Origin: Camelus dromedarius | Lineage: Eukaryota | Length of the DNA stretch: 64,000 bases | NCBI RefSeq assembly: GCF_036321535.1 | Contig: NC_087436.1 | Span: 92,630,001-92,694,000, forward strand | Direction of reading: 5' to 3' | Shown: one piece after another, positions 49,251 through 63,300 of the stretch | How the letters are laid out: the number at the start of each line of letters is the position of its first letter | Numbering within the stretch: the first letter of the stretch is position 1 | Position numbers and translations under genes: made by a program | The notes under the pieces: model-generated | What the model was told of the DNA's origin: nothing | Databases searched by the model: none | What the model saw: only the letters and a program-made list of their open reading frames with translations

Positions 49251-50407
49251 AAAAAGATACTCCCAACGAGATACCATAATTCTTATGTATTCTTCATACT
49301 TTGAGAGAGGATTAAATAAGACTTGAGGATGCCATAAGAGATAGGAGATAATTTTGTGACAAATCCCCCGTGTCTCAGTGTACCGAGGCTGTAATTCAGG
49401 TCACCTCACATGGGGATCTAACCGCCTGAGCTACTGCTCTCCGATCTGTGCGTGGGAAACAGACTCCCCACCCCCACCCCCCGCACCCCCCACCTCAGAC
49501 TGCAGGGTACAAAGCAGTCGTGCTTAAACACTGAGGCTTGCTCTGACTGGTCTCATTTTTGGGGCCACTCGTCAGCCCTCCTCGCCTTCCGTCCCTCCCT
49601 GGGCTTGCTCTGCTCCGTCTTCTCCATCCCCGTTCCAATCTATCACTATATTAAAAACACAATTTGTACCTACATAAGGGCATTTTTAAAAAATCAAAAG
49701 AATTATGCAACACTCAGACTCAGCTGTATCACAGACTGTTTTCAAAATATATTCACATTGCCCTCAGGCCTTTGCTGTGGGAACAGGCATGCATAAATCC
49801 ACTGTATGACGGGCCTTTTTGTTATACCAGGCTTTTTTCACTTCCTTGAAAAGGGTCCAAGACACACATGCCCTTTGCCAAATAGTGTTAAGGTGAGGTT
49901 TCAGTGTATAGTTACGACCATTTCATATCATTCATGTCTGTCCTAAATACCAGGTAATTTGCAGACTCTAGTTTGGATGCACAGCCACAGTGCCTCCATC
50001 TCCTCTACATCAGCACACTCGCAAGGCGACACAACATTTACAGACCCTTGCTATGTGTCAGGACTGTGCTCTGTAAATATTATCTTGCTGGAGACTCTCC
50101 TTATTAGGTATATGGTATTGTCTCTATCTCACAGACAAGAAAATCGAGGCCCAAATCGTTACGTCACTTGCCCAAGGACACACAACTTGTTAACAGCAGA
50201 GCCAGAACACGAGCCCAGATCTGCCTGACTCGAAGGTCCAGTCTTAGCACTACTCCGTACCCACCTCCTGTTCTCCGCAAAGCACCACCCTGGACTCCAG
50301 CAGACCCACGTGAGGCCATGCAGAGACTCCAGAATACTGAGAAAACTCAAAGACACACCAAAAAAAAAAAAAAAAAAAAAAGGACATTTCCTACCATAGG
50401 AAGAATG

Positions 50408-50745
50408 AAAGACTACTCTCATTTACAAACCAAAAAGAGACTCATGGATATAGAAAACAAACTATCATTACCAAAAGGGAAAGAGTGGAGAGGGATAGAT
50501 TAGGAGTTTGGGATTAACAGATATGAGTTACCACAACTAAAACAGATAAACAACAAGGACCTACTGTCCCGCACAGAGAACTATATTCAATTTCTTGTAA
50601 TGACATACAATGGAAAAGAATCTGAAAAAATATATACATATGTATGTATATGTATAACTGAATCACTTTGTTGTACACCTGAAACTAACATTGTAAATCA
50701 ACTACACTTCAATAAAAAATGAAATATTAAAAAAAAAGACTTCTG
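50408..50745 (+). mobile_element. Young L1 3'UTR fragment
   Basis: Homologous to 16390-16700 ('gagtttgggattaacag', 'aacagataaacaacaaggacctactg', 'cattgtaaatcaactacacttcaataaaa'); TSD-like aaagactact / aaagacttct. Confidence 0.85.
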
Positions 50746-52968
50746 TTAAACTCTCACTTTTTTGTCTGAACTGTTTGAACTTTACACTCAAAGAAGAAGA
50801 AGAATAAAAGGCAGTATGTTTTACTGACATTTGTTCCCTTCCTGAGGCTTGCCTAGACAATTTAGGATGGCCCAGGATGAATCAAGTTCTTTGGCCACCC
50901 ATCCAAAACTTCAAAATGCCTATTTTGTACAGACTGCACCAAAAGCTCAGGATATAACTCACATGTAAAAAGTGCAATACTGAATATGAAAATCTGAAAT
51001 ACACACTGCATAAGTAATGGCAGTAAAAAACCAATGATATTTTAAAGATATTTTAAAGATTTAGTATTTATCATTGTAACACAGCTTTTATGTCTGATGT
51101 TATACGAAGCTATGAGCTCACTTCTGAATCAACGCTATTTTATTGCTTGCTGTTATATTTATGGAATGTTACTGTGAACAAAGCAAAGCAGGCCAAGTGT
51201 ATTCCCAACATAACCTATAAATAATGTAAGTAAATAAACTAAGCAAATTTCTTCATGAAGCAATGCATTATTTACCATTCCTTGTTGCTGAAATACGAGT
51301 TTAAATTTTGGTTACATATTAATGTAAGACCTTAGCCATTTCCAGGTCTCCCTAGGGAGTCAAATCCTAAAGTTCAACTCAGAATTCACCTTGTATGCCT
51401 TCCCAACTCGGTAACTGGAAGCCACATTCCTCTCCAGAGTCAGAAGCAACATCTCCACCACAGGCAAATGATCTACACTTATCCCAGGAAATTCTGTGTC
51501 AGCATCATAGTGTAACTAACCTACGCTGGTGTTCTACAGTTTGGCCATTTGGACTTTGCAAGACAAAATGACTAGGACTTTATCTCAGTGACTGAGGCTA
51601 TATTCTCAGAGTGGGAGTAACTCAAATTTTCTTCAAATTTTAGAGTGTTTTTAGCGACTCTTTATTTAGTTAATTCATTCAAAAAATATTAGTTAAGTCC
51701 TACTATGGTGCCAAGCCCAGTTCACATTAGGATATTACAGTGAACAAGAAAGGTAAGGGTCTCTTTACAGAGCCTTCAGTCATGGGGAAGTAGAGAACTG
51801 GACAGCAAACAAACAAATGAACAAGATAATTTCAGTAGTAATGAAGAAAACAAAAGAGTAAGGCAGTAGAAAATGCGACACACAATGATGGAGTCACTTT
51901 AGAAAGTGGGGTTAGAGAAAGCTTCGGTGAGAAAGTAACATTTGGACTAAAGCACCCTAAAGACAAACTAGCACCTCTTATCAGAGTTTCTCCTTCTTCT
52001 TCCCTCCTCCTCCCCATTCTCCCCTTTGTCTGTTTAGTGCCAGCTAAGGGCCACTGATACATGAGGAAGTCACAAGACAAGCCTCAGTGAAGAACCATTC
52101 CAAGGTAAGCTGGGGTGCGGTCCTCTTGGACAAAGGAGATCAACATGATGTGAGGCAAGTGCCAGTGGGTGGACGGCCATCCCTCATAGAGAGGATCCCC
52201 TCAAAATGATGCCTGGGGACACAATTCAGTGATGAGAGATGGATTCATGCAGAAGGTGGGTACCAGGAGACCCCAACAGAAATAGGGGTTAAAGAAGATT
52301 TGCAAACAAAGCAAAGGTAAGTATGGCCTTGAGTAGCTTGGGTGGACTTAGGGGGAAAGGGCTAGGTAAGGGGTTGAAGAGACACTACTGAGCTGAAGGC
52401 AAGATGTCTTGACCTAACGGCCAACAGATTTCATCACTGCCTTCATTCACTCCTATGTGAGTGGGATCCCTGCTTGGGACCGGTCACCGCAGAAGTGGTC
52501 TCACTCACAGCCCTAGGATGCTGGAGGTCTTCCTTTTATGAGAGGGTGGTCCGCACCTCCTAACCATGTTTGGCAGATTCTACAGCTTTACCATTCATGA
52601 TTATTACCCCAATAGATGTAATTATTGGAAATAAAAAACAGAAAAGATCTCCAGACAGTTCCCAATCAATGCCCTGCCTCTAGAGAGAGTAAATGAACAA
52701 ACTACCCAGAACAAAGATTTAAAACCTTAGTTAGATGACCAGGTGCTGGGCAAATTTGTGACCAGGATGAAAGTGGCCTCTCTACCTACAATTACAGCAC
52801 CCCTCACCGTGTGAGGCTAATGGGCCTATTTTCTTCATGCCTAACGTTTATTTCAAGCTGTCTGCACCTGTTCTCTCTACTAGGCTGCCCCCTCAGTAAA
52901 ATACCAGGTGGAAAATACTGTAATAAATGAACTCACTCTTAACTCATCAACGTCTCAAAACAGTTTCT

Positions 52969-53302
52969 AAGTTGTCCCTCGGTATCCAGAGGGGATTGGT
53001 TCTAGAACCCCTGCTGACACCAAAATCCAAGGATGCTCAAGTCCCTCATGTAAAATGGTGTTGTATTTGCATATAACCTCGCACATCCTCCCATGTACTT
53101 TAAATCATCTCTAGATTCCTCATCATACCTAACACAAGGTAAGTGTATGTAAATAGCTGTGCACGCAACGTAAATGTTATGTAATTAGTTGCTGATGTGT
53201 GGCAAATTCAAGTTTTGCTTTTTGGAATTTTTTTTCCCCAAGTATCTTTAACTCGAGATTGGTTGAATGCGCGGATGCTGGGGATACAGGGGACCAACTG
53301 TA
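52969..53302. mobile_element. MER2-like Tigger (Tc1/mariner) MITE
   Basis: TIRs agttgtccctcggtatcc / ggatacaggggaccaactg followed by TA; internal 'caaaatccaaggatgctcaagtccct..gtatttgcatataacc'. Confidence 0.85.
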
Positions 53303-54341
53303 ATTCTAGTCAATCATTGCCCTTATTAAAGATTTACCCGTGAGATGCGAGTGGCATGGGGAAGGAAGAACGGTCGCCTTCTACCAAGGACACTAAGCAC
53401 GCCAACTAAAGGAAGGGCAGGTAAGAAATGCAAAAGAAATTGATTTTTCTTGACATACACATAAGAAAGTTATACTTATCATAAATATATAGACTGATGA
53501 AATTTTCAGAAATGGAACAGACACATGTGCTCAGCACCTAGATCAAGAAATTGGGTGTCAAAAAAAAAGACAGAAAGAAAGAAAGAAATTGGGTGTGACC
53601 AGCACCCCCTCGTGGCCCTTCCTGTCATTCCTGTCCCCAGGGACAAAGACTTTCCTGACTTCTGACAGCACTGATGAGTTCTGTCCGGTTTCAAATTTTA
53701 TGTAAATGGAATCATAGAGTGTGTTCTTTTGTGTCTAGCTTCTTGGGGCTAACATGTCTGTGCGATTTGTTCATAATGTTGCATGTTGTCGGGGGGAGGG
53801 TTGGGGATCTGGAACCAGTCCCCCCTGGAGACAGAAGGGATGACTGTTCTTACGGTTATTCATCCCCACTGCTGTATAATACAAGAAGTCATCTTGTAAA
53901 TGCCAATATTTGATCCTCAGGACTGAATTCCAAGCATGCTTAAAGGGGGAAAACAGAAACTCATCCCCAGGGTAAAATTAACTCCCTTGGCTGTAATCTT
54001 CCCTATTTTGTTCATTGAGCACTGAGCTCATAATGCATTCTCCCAGACTTTCTTGTTTAATTTGAAATTTACATCTGAGCTACTCTTAACATCAGGATAC
54101 AGGCAGATGAGTTCAAGTCACAACTCTTTCCCACTACATAAGGAATGAAGCCAAGCTGCTCTCTTGCTCCAATTTTATTTCTTCTCTCACTAGTAATTAC
54201 GCTTGAAGATATACCAAGAAGCAACCCAGCCTCTGGGACACTCAGCCAGCTCAGCCAGTCAGTCAGTTGTTGGCATCTGTTCACAGGTGGCAAACATTAG
54301 GAAGTCTTATGATCATTACTGAGACAATTCTAAGCCTTGCG

Positions 54342-54342
<1 letters not shown>

Positions 54343-54389
<47 letters not shown>
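54343..54389. repeat. (AC)23 microsatellite
   Basis: Directly counted. Confidence 0.97.
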
Positions 54390-54392
<3 letters not shown>

Positions 54393-55299
54393 GCCTGGGC
54401 TACCATGCTCTCTTATAATTCCCGAGCATGTGGTTCTCCCATTCCACTAGCTTGTTGCTCCAAAATAAACTGGCCCACGTCAGACACCCAGGAGCTGTGG
54501 CTGTGGACCAAGAGGCTCCCAGTACTAAATGGACTGCAAACCATCTCTGACTTGTGCTGGGATGGCAGTAAAATGAAAAACGAGACAGGCAGAAGTTGGT
54601 ATCAGTTTGACGGTAGGTGTCGTGCCAGGTCTGGTAGGAAATGGTCAGGGCCAGTCTATGAAACTTTCTGTTTACTTGGTGTCTCCAAAACAAATGCGTT
54701 CAAAACCACAGACCATCTTCAGGGCTGTGCGATAGCTACGGTGCAACGCACAAGAGCCTGTAAAATGCCCAAAGGTCTTCTAAATTGGTGGGGAAAATAA
54801 GCCCATTTGGAATAGGTTTGGTGCCCTTTGCCCAGAGTAAGAGGCAGCATGGGGCCGTGAAAAGAACACCATCTTCTATGTCAGAAGTGAGTGGAGCCCG
54901 GTGTTAGCGGCTGGGAGACCCTGGACCTTTCAGAACTTCACAGGCTCTGGGCCTCAACCCTTTGGAGACTGACCCCACCTCATTTTCCAGCCAAAGGGCT
55001 CTTAAATCTTTTACAAATTGTTCTTAATGTCCAATGTACTGGGTTTTGTGTTTTTTTTTTTTTTTTAACGTTGGTAATTTGAGTCTGAAGGGAAGTAATT
55101 GGGATTTGAGGACCTGAGATTTTAGACTCTGGGAAGTCTTACTTCCTAGTGTGTATTTGGGAAAATATTACCCAATCAGAGGAGAACTGGTCCATTCTCC
55201 ATAAGCTGATTTTCTGTTCTTAGGCAAAAAATAAAAATTAAAAACTAGGCAGAGTCAAGAAACAATGTCAGTCAGAGAGTCCACTATCTTGTTTGGTCA

Positions 55300-57290
55300 T
55301 TTTAACATTTTTAATGATTTTTTTTATTTTGAAATGAACATGCTCATTGTAATAAGTGATACAACCTAACAATGTACAAATAAAAAATCATGCATCTCCC
55401 TCTTCATTTCCCTCCATTCTCATTCTGTTCCCAGAGAAAACCAATATTAACAGCCAGCTGTACACTTCCAACCTTTTTCTATATATATAATATATACATA
55501 CAAAAATTGGATCATACTCTTCACACAATTTTGCAGCTTGCTTTTCTTCCTTTAATTACCTTATAGACATCCCTCCAAGTCAACAAATCGAGGTGGAATT
55601 CATTCTTTTAAATGACTGCATAAAATTCCAATGTATGGATCTTCTTATTCAATAGTTCTGTTGATGGGAAGTGAGATTGTTTCCAGTTTTTTGTTTGTTT
55701 GCCAATAAAAGTAATGATGTCATAAATATTAGCACACGTGTCCATACGTGCTGGTGCTTTAATTCTATTGGCCAGACTCCCACTCACTTTGCAAGGTCAG
55801 ACCTGAGGTATATTACTCATTTTAATAGATATCGACATACTACTTTCTTTAATCCATCTAGCCTTTATTCTTTGTATGAGGAAATAGAGATTATAAATTT
55901 TCTTTCTGCCACATGTGTAGTCAGTTTTGCCAGCATCATATTAAATAAACCCCCCTTTTCAGAGGTATCAATGCCACTTTTGACAATATGGTAAATTCTC
56001 ATAAACACCTATATCTTTTTGTGAAGTTTCTACTCTGTTTCACTAATCTGTTTATCTGATTTGATGCCAATAACAAACCATTTTGATTACTGTTGCTCTA
56101 AAGTTAGTTTTAATATCTAGTGAGGTAAGTATATCTTACTATTCCTCTTTTGGATTTTGTATTTTAAGATAACTATTCTTCTAGTTAAACTTTAAATTAT
56201 TTTATTCAAAAAAATCCCATTAAGATTCTGAAGAAAATTGCAAATATGTGTTTATTGACTTTGAAAGAACTGAAAATTGTACAGTTTTAAATTCCATATA
56301 AAAAATTGTACATTTCTCCAATAAGTTATTTTAGGTTTTTTAATGGGAGTCTGAATCTTATAAAATTATCCCTATGTATTAAAAATTTTTGTTGCTCTTA
56401 TAAATGAGATCTTTTTCAAAGTCTATTTGTAGCTGACTGATGCTAGTAAAAAGAAAAATTACAGACTTTGTATATTTATCAAATATCCAAACACCTTATC
56501 AAAAGCTATTATCAAATCTAGTATTTTTTTTCAGTCTTGTGGGTTTGCTAAGAAATCAGTCACATCATCCCCAAATACAACAACTTTATCTCTCCTAATA
56601 TTTCTATCTATTATTTACTCTTCTCAGCTTATTACATTAGCTAGTCTCTCCAAATCAATGTAAACAATTGTGGGCATAGAGAGGAGCTCTGTTTTGTTCC
56701 TGATTTTAAACAAAATAACTTCATCAATGAACTGCTTATTATATTTGCTAAAAGGATTTTTATAGTCTTTTCATGTTTAAATATCCCTAATATTCCTATT
56801 TTGCTTATGGTTTTGCCAAGAATGGTTATTTAATTTTATGAAATTATATTATAGTATCTAATCATTTAATCCCATGATTCTTTTCCTCTTTTAGTTTGTT
56901 GATTTAAAGAACTTTCATGCACTCTATAATGGAAGAGAATCCATAAAAAACTGAATCGCTTTGTTGGACACCTGAAACTAATACAACATTGTAAATCAAC
57001 TATACTTCAATAAAAATTTTTAAAAATAAAGAATTTTCATATTGGTTGTCTGATATCAAAACACCTTTACATTACAGAAACCAACCCTACTTATTCATGG
57101 TATGTGATTCATTTTATACAGGGCTAGATTTGGTAAGCCAATGTTTTAGTTAGACTTTTTGCATCCATATTTATAAGTGAAATCAATATATAATTATCAG
57201 ATTACATTAACTTTATAAAATAAACTAAGGAACTGTCCATTTCTCTCCCATGGTCTGAAATTATTTAAATAACATAGGAATTTCAATTTT
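55300..57290 (-). mobile_element. Old, highly diverged L1 (L1M/L1ME-type) ORF2/3' region
   Basis: T-rich plus strand with L1 antisense motifs 'ccattttgattactgttgctctaaagttagttttaatatctagtgagg', 'aaccaaccctacttattcatggtatgt', 'tttttgcatccatatttataagtga'. Confidence 0.65.
56905..57040 (+). mobile_element. Short young L1 3' tail with TSD, nested in the old L1
   Basis: 'acacctgaaactaatacaacattgtaaatcaactatacttcaataaaaa'; TSD taaagaactttcat / taaagaattttcat. Confidence 0.85.
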
Positions 57291-60200
57291 ACTTTATAAA
57301 CATAAAAAGGTATTGTTAGATATTATTAGAGAGGGTATTATTGTTATCAATTTTTAAACATGACAAGGAGTAGATGTTCAGAAAAGTACATAAGTTAACT
57401 AAAGTCAAGCAACTATTATGGTACAAATCTGGGAATGGAACACCAGGCTTCTGATTCTAGGCCTGGACCTTGGTCTATCATGTACTACCCGTCTCATCAT
57501 CCCTGAAATCCTGACCTAAACAAAGGTGAGCAGAAATCCTCTAGCAGGATCAACAAAAGAAAGTCACCTTTTGGAGAACCCCCAATAGAGCAGACACGAG
57601 CCTTACAAAGAAGAGCTATGCATGCTGGGAAGCCGTAACCACAAAGTGGCCTCCTTGGTGTTTGGTTCTTTGACATGGGATCCCCCAGATGGAGCAAATG
57701 GACCATGAACAGAGATTCAGTATGGCGAATTCATAAGGACAACTACGTAGGGCTGTATATAACTATGTAGAGTAATGATAATTCGCCTATGTATCTTCTT
57801 TTATTTACAAAAAGTAAGTTTAAAGAGGTTAAATCATTTGTCAAAGATTATACTACATATCTTAAAGGTGATGGAACAGCCCATACTTCTTAAATCATAC
57901 TCTTTGTGTGTTTCTTTCATAGCATTTATCACTCTTATTGCAATGATTTTATTTATTTGTGCTACTTGTTCATTGCCTACCTCCCCAATTACAATGGAGG
58001 TAACATAAGAGCAGAGGCCATATAGCATTATTGTTTTATCCACAGGGCTGAACACAGTGAAAAGACATTCAAAACATACTTGTTATGTGATTGAAAAAAT
58101 AAATACCATACACCATTTATACCCAAAGTGATCCCTGCATGATCCTATAAAGGACACCAGCTTTCTCTCCAGAAATGGTGGTCCCGCTGCACACACGGTT
58201 AGAAATAATACCGTTTGCTGCTGCCTTTCTAAATATAAAATGTGCTATACATCCAAGTCAGAGCTCTCCAGATCAATCTTATACAATCACTTTATTTGAC
58301 AGTGACATTCTTTTTAAAGGCAAATCAGTGTGAACTCTCAATATCCCAAATTAGATCAAGCACACAAGTCCAAATGAGTTGGCCATTAATTACTCACCAC
58401 CACTGGCCTAAGTTTGAAACCACCAGATCCCATTTTTCACTGGGCTGACATCCTGAAAGGCACCATTTGTCAGGAGACCTTCCTTGTATTTTTTTCTTTT
58501 CCTTCCATTGTTTCACTGAATTAACCAAAGCAATACTAAATAAGTTGCTAAATACAGATATTAGCTCATTTGTAGCTAATTATTACAGGTAAATGGTGCA
58601 GTAAATGAAGCACCCTTTTACCCTCCCCTGGCCTTTCTTTTTTTTTCTTTTTTTTTTTTTTTTGTAGCTTTTGTGATGTTCTCCAGGTAAATCCCATGCA
58701 TAATGTAAGAGTGGCAATGTTGTTTGCATAATAAGCTATTTTCTACCACAGAAGCAGAAACATTTTATCGCTATAGAGAAAGCTCAAATTATGAATACAT
58801 TTTCATATAAGTTGATTTATGTGAAAATTACAAATAAATGCAGAGCCGAGCTGCAAGTGAATTGTTTGTTCCCAGTTCAAGGAGTGGTGTTATTTGAAAT
58901 TAAAAAAGAAAACAACCCACCACATCCTGCTAAGAGAAATATTTTTAATGTTATTCAGACTGAAGCACGTATCATATGACCCAAGAAGAAAAGCAGTAAC
59001 TGGTCTGGAAGTAGGACCTGAGGTTGCAAAAGCTAAGATAAATTTGTCCGCTGACTTCTGAAGCCATCTTATCATGGATAATATAAATGTTATATATATA
59101 ATATCCATGATAGAAGTATTTTCACTTGCACTTGGGCTGCAAAGATTCTCAGCAAATGCTATAGCTACTTCCTGCAAAAGTCAAAGGGAGTTGATAGAAT
59201 AAATGGAAGCCCATTACCATCTGTGCACAAGTAAGAGCGAAATGTGTATTGAAGACATCAAAATGGTTCTGCATAAGACCCAAAGCTTCTCGGACAACTG
59301 CAAGGCTCTTAAAGCGGGGTGCACATTTCTAATTCCAGAAAGAAGCACTGGGGGTAGACAAGTTATCTTGCTAGAACAGCCCTCCCCCATTACACAAGGA
59401 CACCGTTTGGCATCCAGATGGTTGATCCCACAACAGGGAGGTGAGGCTGGCCACAAAGCTTTGGCTAAGGTCTCAGACGAAGAGAGGCAGGTTTTAGGGG
59501 AAAGAGATTGTGACATGGCACAATCTCTTTGGATGAGTCTACAAAGTAAATAAATGCAACCTGTTTAGCAATTCTGGCAATATATGCCTGCACTTTTCCT
59601 GGCCCTTTAAACTTGCCTGGCTTACACTCATCATGGGTCATGATCACAGAAAACACCCCATCCTGGCTGTTGCCCCAGACCTCTGCCCACTTATGCTTTA
59701 ACTGTTGCTTAATAATCCCTCATCTTTCAAGTCTTGGGTTCCAATAACGAGCTCTGATCCCCTTCACATTTTGCAACCCTTCAGACCTCTAAACCGGCTT
59801 ACTGGACTTTGGTATCTTATTGAGCTCTTTTCTCTGTGTGTTCCCTCAGGATCTCATGATGTTCAGAGCCGCAGGGGAGACTCCTATTTCCAGCCCCAGC
59901 CCGTGGAGCTGTGCCACCACCAGCCATTCCCTCTTCCCGCCCTCCTCCCCAGACCACAGAGAGACCAATCTGAGTAGCACAGATAACTAATCTAAATATG
60001 GGTCTCAAAAGTCTCACCTTTACTGTTGTCAATCCACTGGCCTGTCAAGAGATGTTGCACATGTAGATCTGACTTTTTACAAGCCTTCTCTGCCATCTTC
60101 AAACTACCAAGATTTTGGGGGGATAAGTATATTGCAGTCAAGGCATAGATGGGAATCATGTAACCTGCCCAGCCTCGTTCGATCAAAGAGACCAGAGCCT

Positions 60201-60659
60201 GTCCCTTCACTGTGTCCCAGATTTAGGTATGAAACAACTGGGTCTCTGCCACATTCATTCTGGTTTTACTTCTTATTTGCATTTCTGGGGTTGGTTCTGT
60301 GCTTTCCCTCCCACACTACGCTGGAAGTCTGAGTCAGATATGAAAACAAGCAATGTTGGGGAAAACACTGTTTAAATTACAGTGCCTTGGATTTTCACAC
60401 TCAATAGGTTGACTGTCGGGGAGGAAATGCTTGGTCCATTCCCACACCATGTGAATTTTAATCCAGCAACAAACCTTAGACTTGGGGCTTAAAAGCCAGA
60501 AGCCTGAAGATGACTCCTCCTTCTGTTATTCTCTGACTCTATCAATATAAGCAGGTCAAGAATAAGCATATTTCTCTTTAAACTAGGTGGAAAAAGACTC
60601 AGTCCAACAAACACTACCACATAGTTTGTGTCCCTTGCTAATTCAGAAGGATAAAAGTA

Positions 60660-60971
60660 AAAAGGTGTTTAAAGGACCAGCGCTGTAAGTGTCACTTGCA
60701 CGAGGTACCCGGAGCACCTCATATTCGGAGAGGGAGGAAGCACACTGGTGCCTGCCAGGAGCTGGGAGGAGGAGGACATGGGGGGTTAGTGTTTCATAGG
60801 TACAGAGATTCAGTCTTGCAAGGTAAAAAGGGTTCTGTGGATGGATGTGTGATGGTGGAAGCACAACATTGTGAATGTACTTAACACCACTAAACTGTAT
60901 GCATAAGATGGTTAAGATGGTAAATTTTATGTTACATGAATTTTACCACACACCAAAAAAAAAAAAAAAAA
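60660..60971 (+). mobile_element. L1MB-type 3' end with A-tail
   Basis: 'cacaacattgtgaatgtacttaacaccactaaactgtatgcataagatggttaagatggtaaattttatgtta' followed by poly(A). Confidence 0.75.
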
Positions 60972-62496
60972 GGATATTTATTGAGCCACACATTCCAAAG
61001 TAAAAAGGAGTTTCTAAAATACCGTATTTCCAAATGTTAATAGAACCACCGCTGAGTCCCTGATGTAACACCTCTGCTAGATGCACTCTGCTAGATGCTG
61101 GGCTGCAGCATTTATTGTTGAGAGACACACACTCCATGCTCATGGGAGAGATGGATATTTTTTAAAAATTACAATTTGGTAAGGACTTTGAAGGAAAAGC
61201 AAGAGCTGTGCAGGACCGCCGGGCAGACCCCATCCTCCTGACCTGGCCTGTAGGATCACGGGGCCTTTCCTGAGGAAGAGGTGTTTAGTGAAACTTGAGG
61301 AACGAAGGAGGGTTCACTAGGACAAAAGCGTCTGAGGGATGCCTGATCCCACAGTTCTCAGGGCACCATCTCCCGACTAAGGACCCTTGGGCTCCGGGTT
61401 TCTGTAACACTCATCACCAGCGGTTTCCCAGAGACCAGATTCATACCGAAAACAAGCACCTTTCTCTTAGTTCAGTCTCAAATAGCAAAAGGGAGTGGGA
61501 CCTAGACACCAGGGCCAGGCCTGTGATAACCAAGATGGTTTAGCCTCCTCCTTCACCATTCCCTTCCAAAGCTCCCATCAGCATACACTGAATAACAGAA
61601 TTCTCTAAGGGCCCAATGAAGTTTTTAATAAGGTTGGAATAAATTCTAAAAAGGCAAAATGTTTGGCTAAAAGTTTGTCATTAGTAGCTCAATAGTATGT
61701 TACATATTTTAATTTAGGTTTTCATACTCACATAGTCACCTGTCATCCAACTGACCTTAGATTTAGAGCAATTTTCCAACGTCCTAGATATATGCATTCT
61801 CCTAACAAATGGTACAAGTCTGGAAGTCATATCCCCATGCTCGCCTCACTTCAACACACAAACACTTTCCCATCTCTGCTATTAACTTCACAAAAGCAGG
61901 GCGCCTGGGTCTGTTTTGTCTCGAATGAATACTCTCGGAAGTTCCTACATCACAGGTGCTCAATAAATACTTCTTAACTGAAGCCCCTTCTTGGTCCCAG
62001 CTTCTGAAACTCCCTTCACATATTGCTGTATTCGAGCCCTGTCACAACCAGGTATGAGACAGCAAAGAGTCGGACAGAATCTAGGTTTAAATCCTGGTTC
62101 TGCCATTTACTAAAAATACGAGTTTAGGCCAAATATATTAACACTCCAAGCATCAGTGTCCGCATCTATGAAACGGGAATAAGAATATATTTCTCAGTGA
62201 CATGAAAGGATGCGAGTAGGTGAAGTGTAGGTGTGGCACATCACACACGGTGAGGAGGCATCAGTTACTAGTTCCTCTTTACAAAGGAGGACAGTGCGAC
62301 CCACTGAGGTGCACAAACGTCCCCAAGGATGCGACCTCATCAGCTTCATACGCTTGATTTTTAAGGAAAGTAAAAAGGGCAAATAATGGAATTACTGAGG
62401 CTGGGGCTTAATCATGGTTAATCAGATCAAACCAATGTCTCGTACCTCTGGGAAGGATCTAAAAATCAAGTCATACAGCATAATATGAAATAAACC

Positions 62497-62662
62497 CAGC
62501 AGTGCTCCTCAAAGCTTAAAGTGCATATGAATCACCTGGGGAACTGTTAAAATGCAGATTCAGATTCCCTGGGGTGGGGGTTGAGAGCCTGCATTTCTCA
62601 CAAGCTCCCAGATGCTCCCCCAGGCTCCTGCTACCTGCATACCACACTGTGAGTAGCAAGGC
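62497..62662. mobile_element. MER5A/MER5A1-like MITE
   Basis: 'gtgcatatgaatcacctggggaactgttaaaatgcagattcagattc...cctgcatttctcacaagctccc...ccacactgtgagtagcaagg'. Confidence 0.75.
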
Positions 62663-62699
62663 TTTAAAGCACCACACAGAATATTGGGCATCACTCTAA

Positions 62700-63300
62700 G
62701 GATGACACCATTATGGTGAAACATAGAACCGTCTCATTCCTGGGGTCCATGCAATGATTTCCCCGAAGTACTGTGATTTTCTCGCATTGTCTTTTTAATG
62801 TCACAAAGTCATACTTTGACCCTGATAATGATCAGGATAAACACCTCTGAATAAAGATCCTCGGGCCCCTGTAGGCAATGTCTTTACGCTTAGTGCCATA
62901 TTGTTTGTAGTTGCCTTAGCTTTTCTCCTCTTTAATCTGTCAACAAGTCAGAGAACCAGACTCACATCAAAGCCAATTTTAATTCATTTTGTACAATTTC
63001 AAAAGATACTATTTCCAAGGGCTCTGCTAACTTCAAAAATAATATTCATTACCTGGCCATTGAAGGAAACTGCTCTCAGGATATTGTACACCAACGTCCT
63101 CTAATTTGGTAATTCTATCAGGAAAAGCAATTAAGTTTGTCTGACATGACTTGTTTTTATAAATCCATGATGCTTACTGCTCTTAATTTAATTCTCCTCT
63201 TACCACTTATAATTTCATTCTCATCTGACAGTTCATATTTTCTCTCTGAATGATTTTTCCCCCTTTTATGTTACTAATCACAGAAAACTCAGTGAGTAAT
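62700..63300 (-). mobile_element. CR1/L3 LINE reverse-transcriptase relic
   Basis: Minus strand about 63172->63088 translates HHGF/KNKSCQTNLIAFPDRITKLEDVG (one frameshift), the CR1 RT motif QHGF.K.KSCQTNLI.FFD.VT.LVD.G. Confidence 0.75.

Noticed and set aside
51036..51062. 11-bp tandem duplication gatattttaaa x2
   Set aside because: Ordinary slippage event in AT-rich DNA.
54267..54800. 177-aa ORF with an HT repeat
   Set aside because: The repeat is simply the (AC)23 microsatellite; the rest is unrecognisable.
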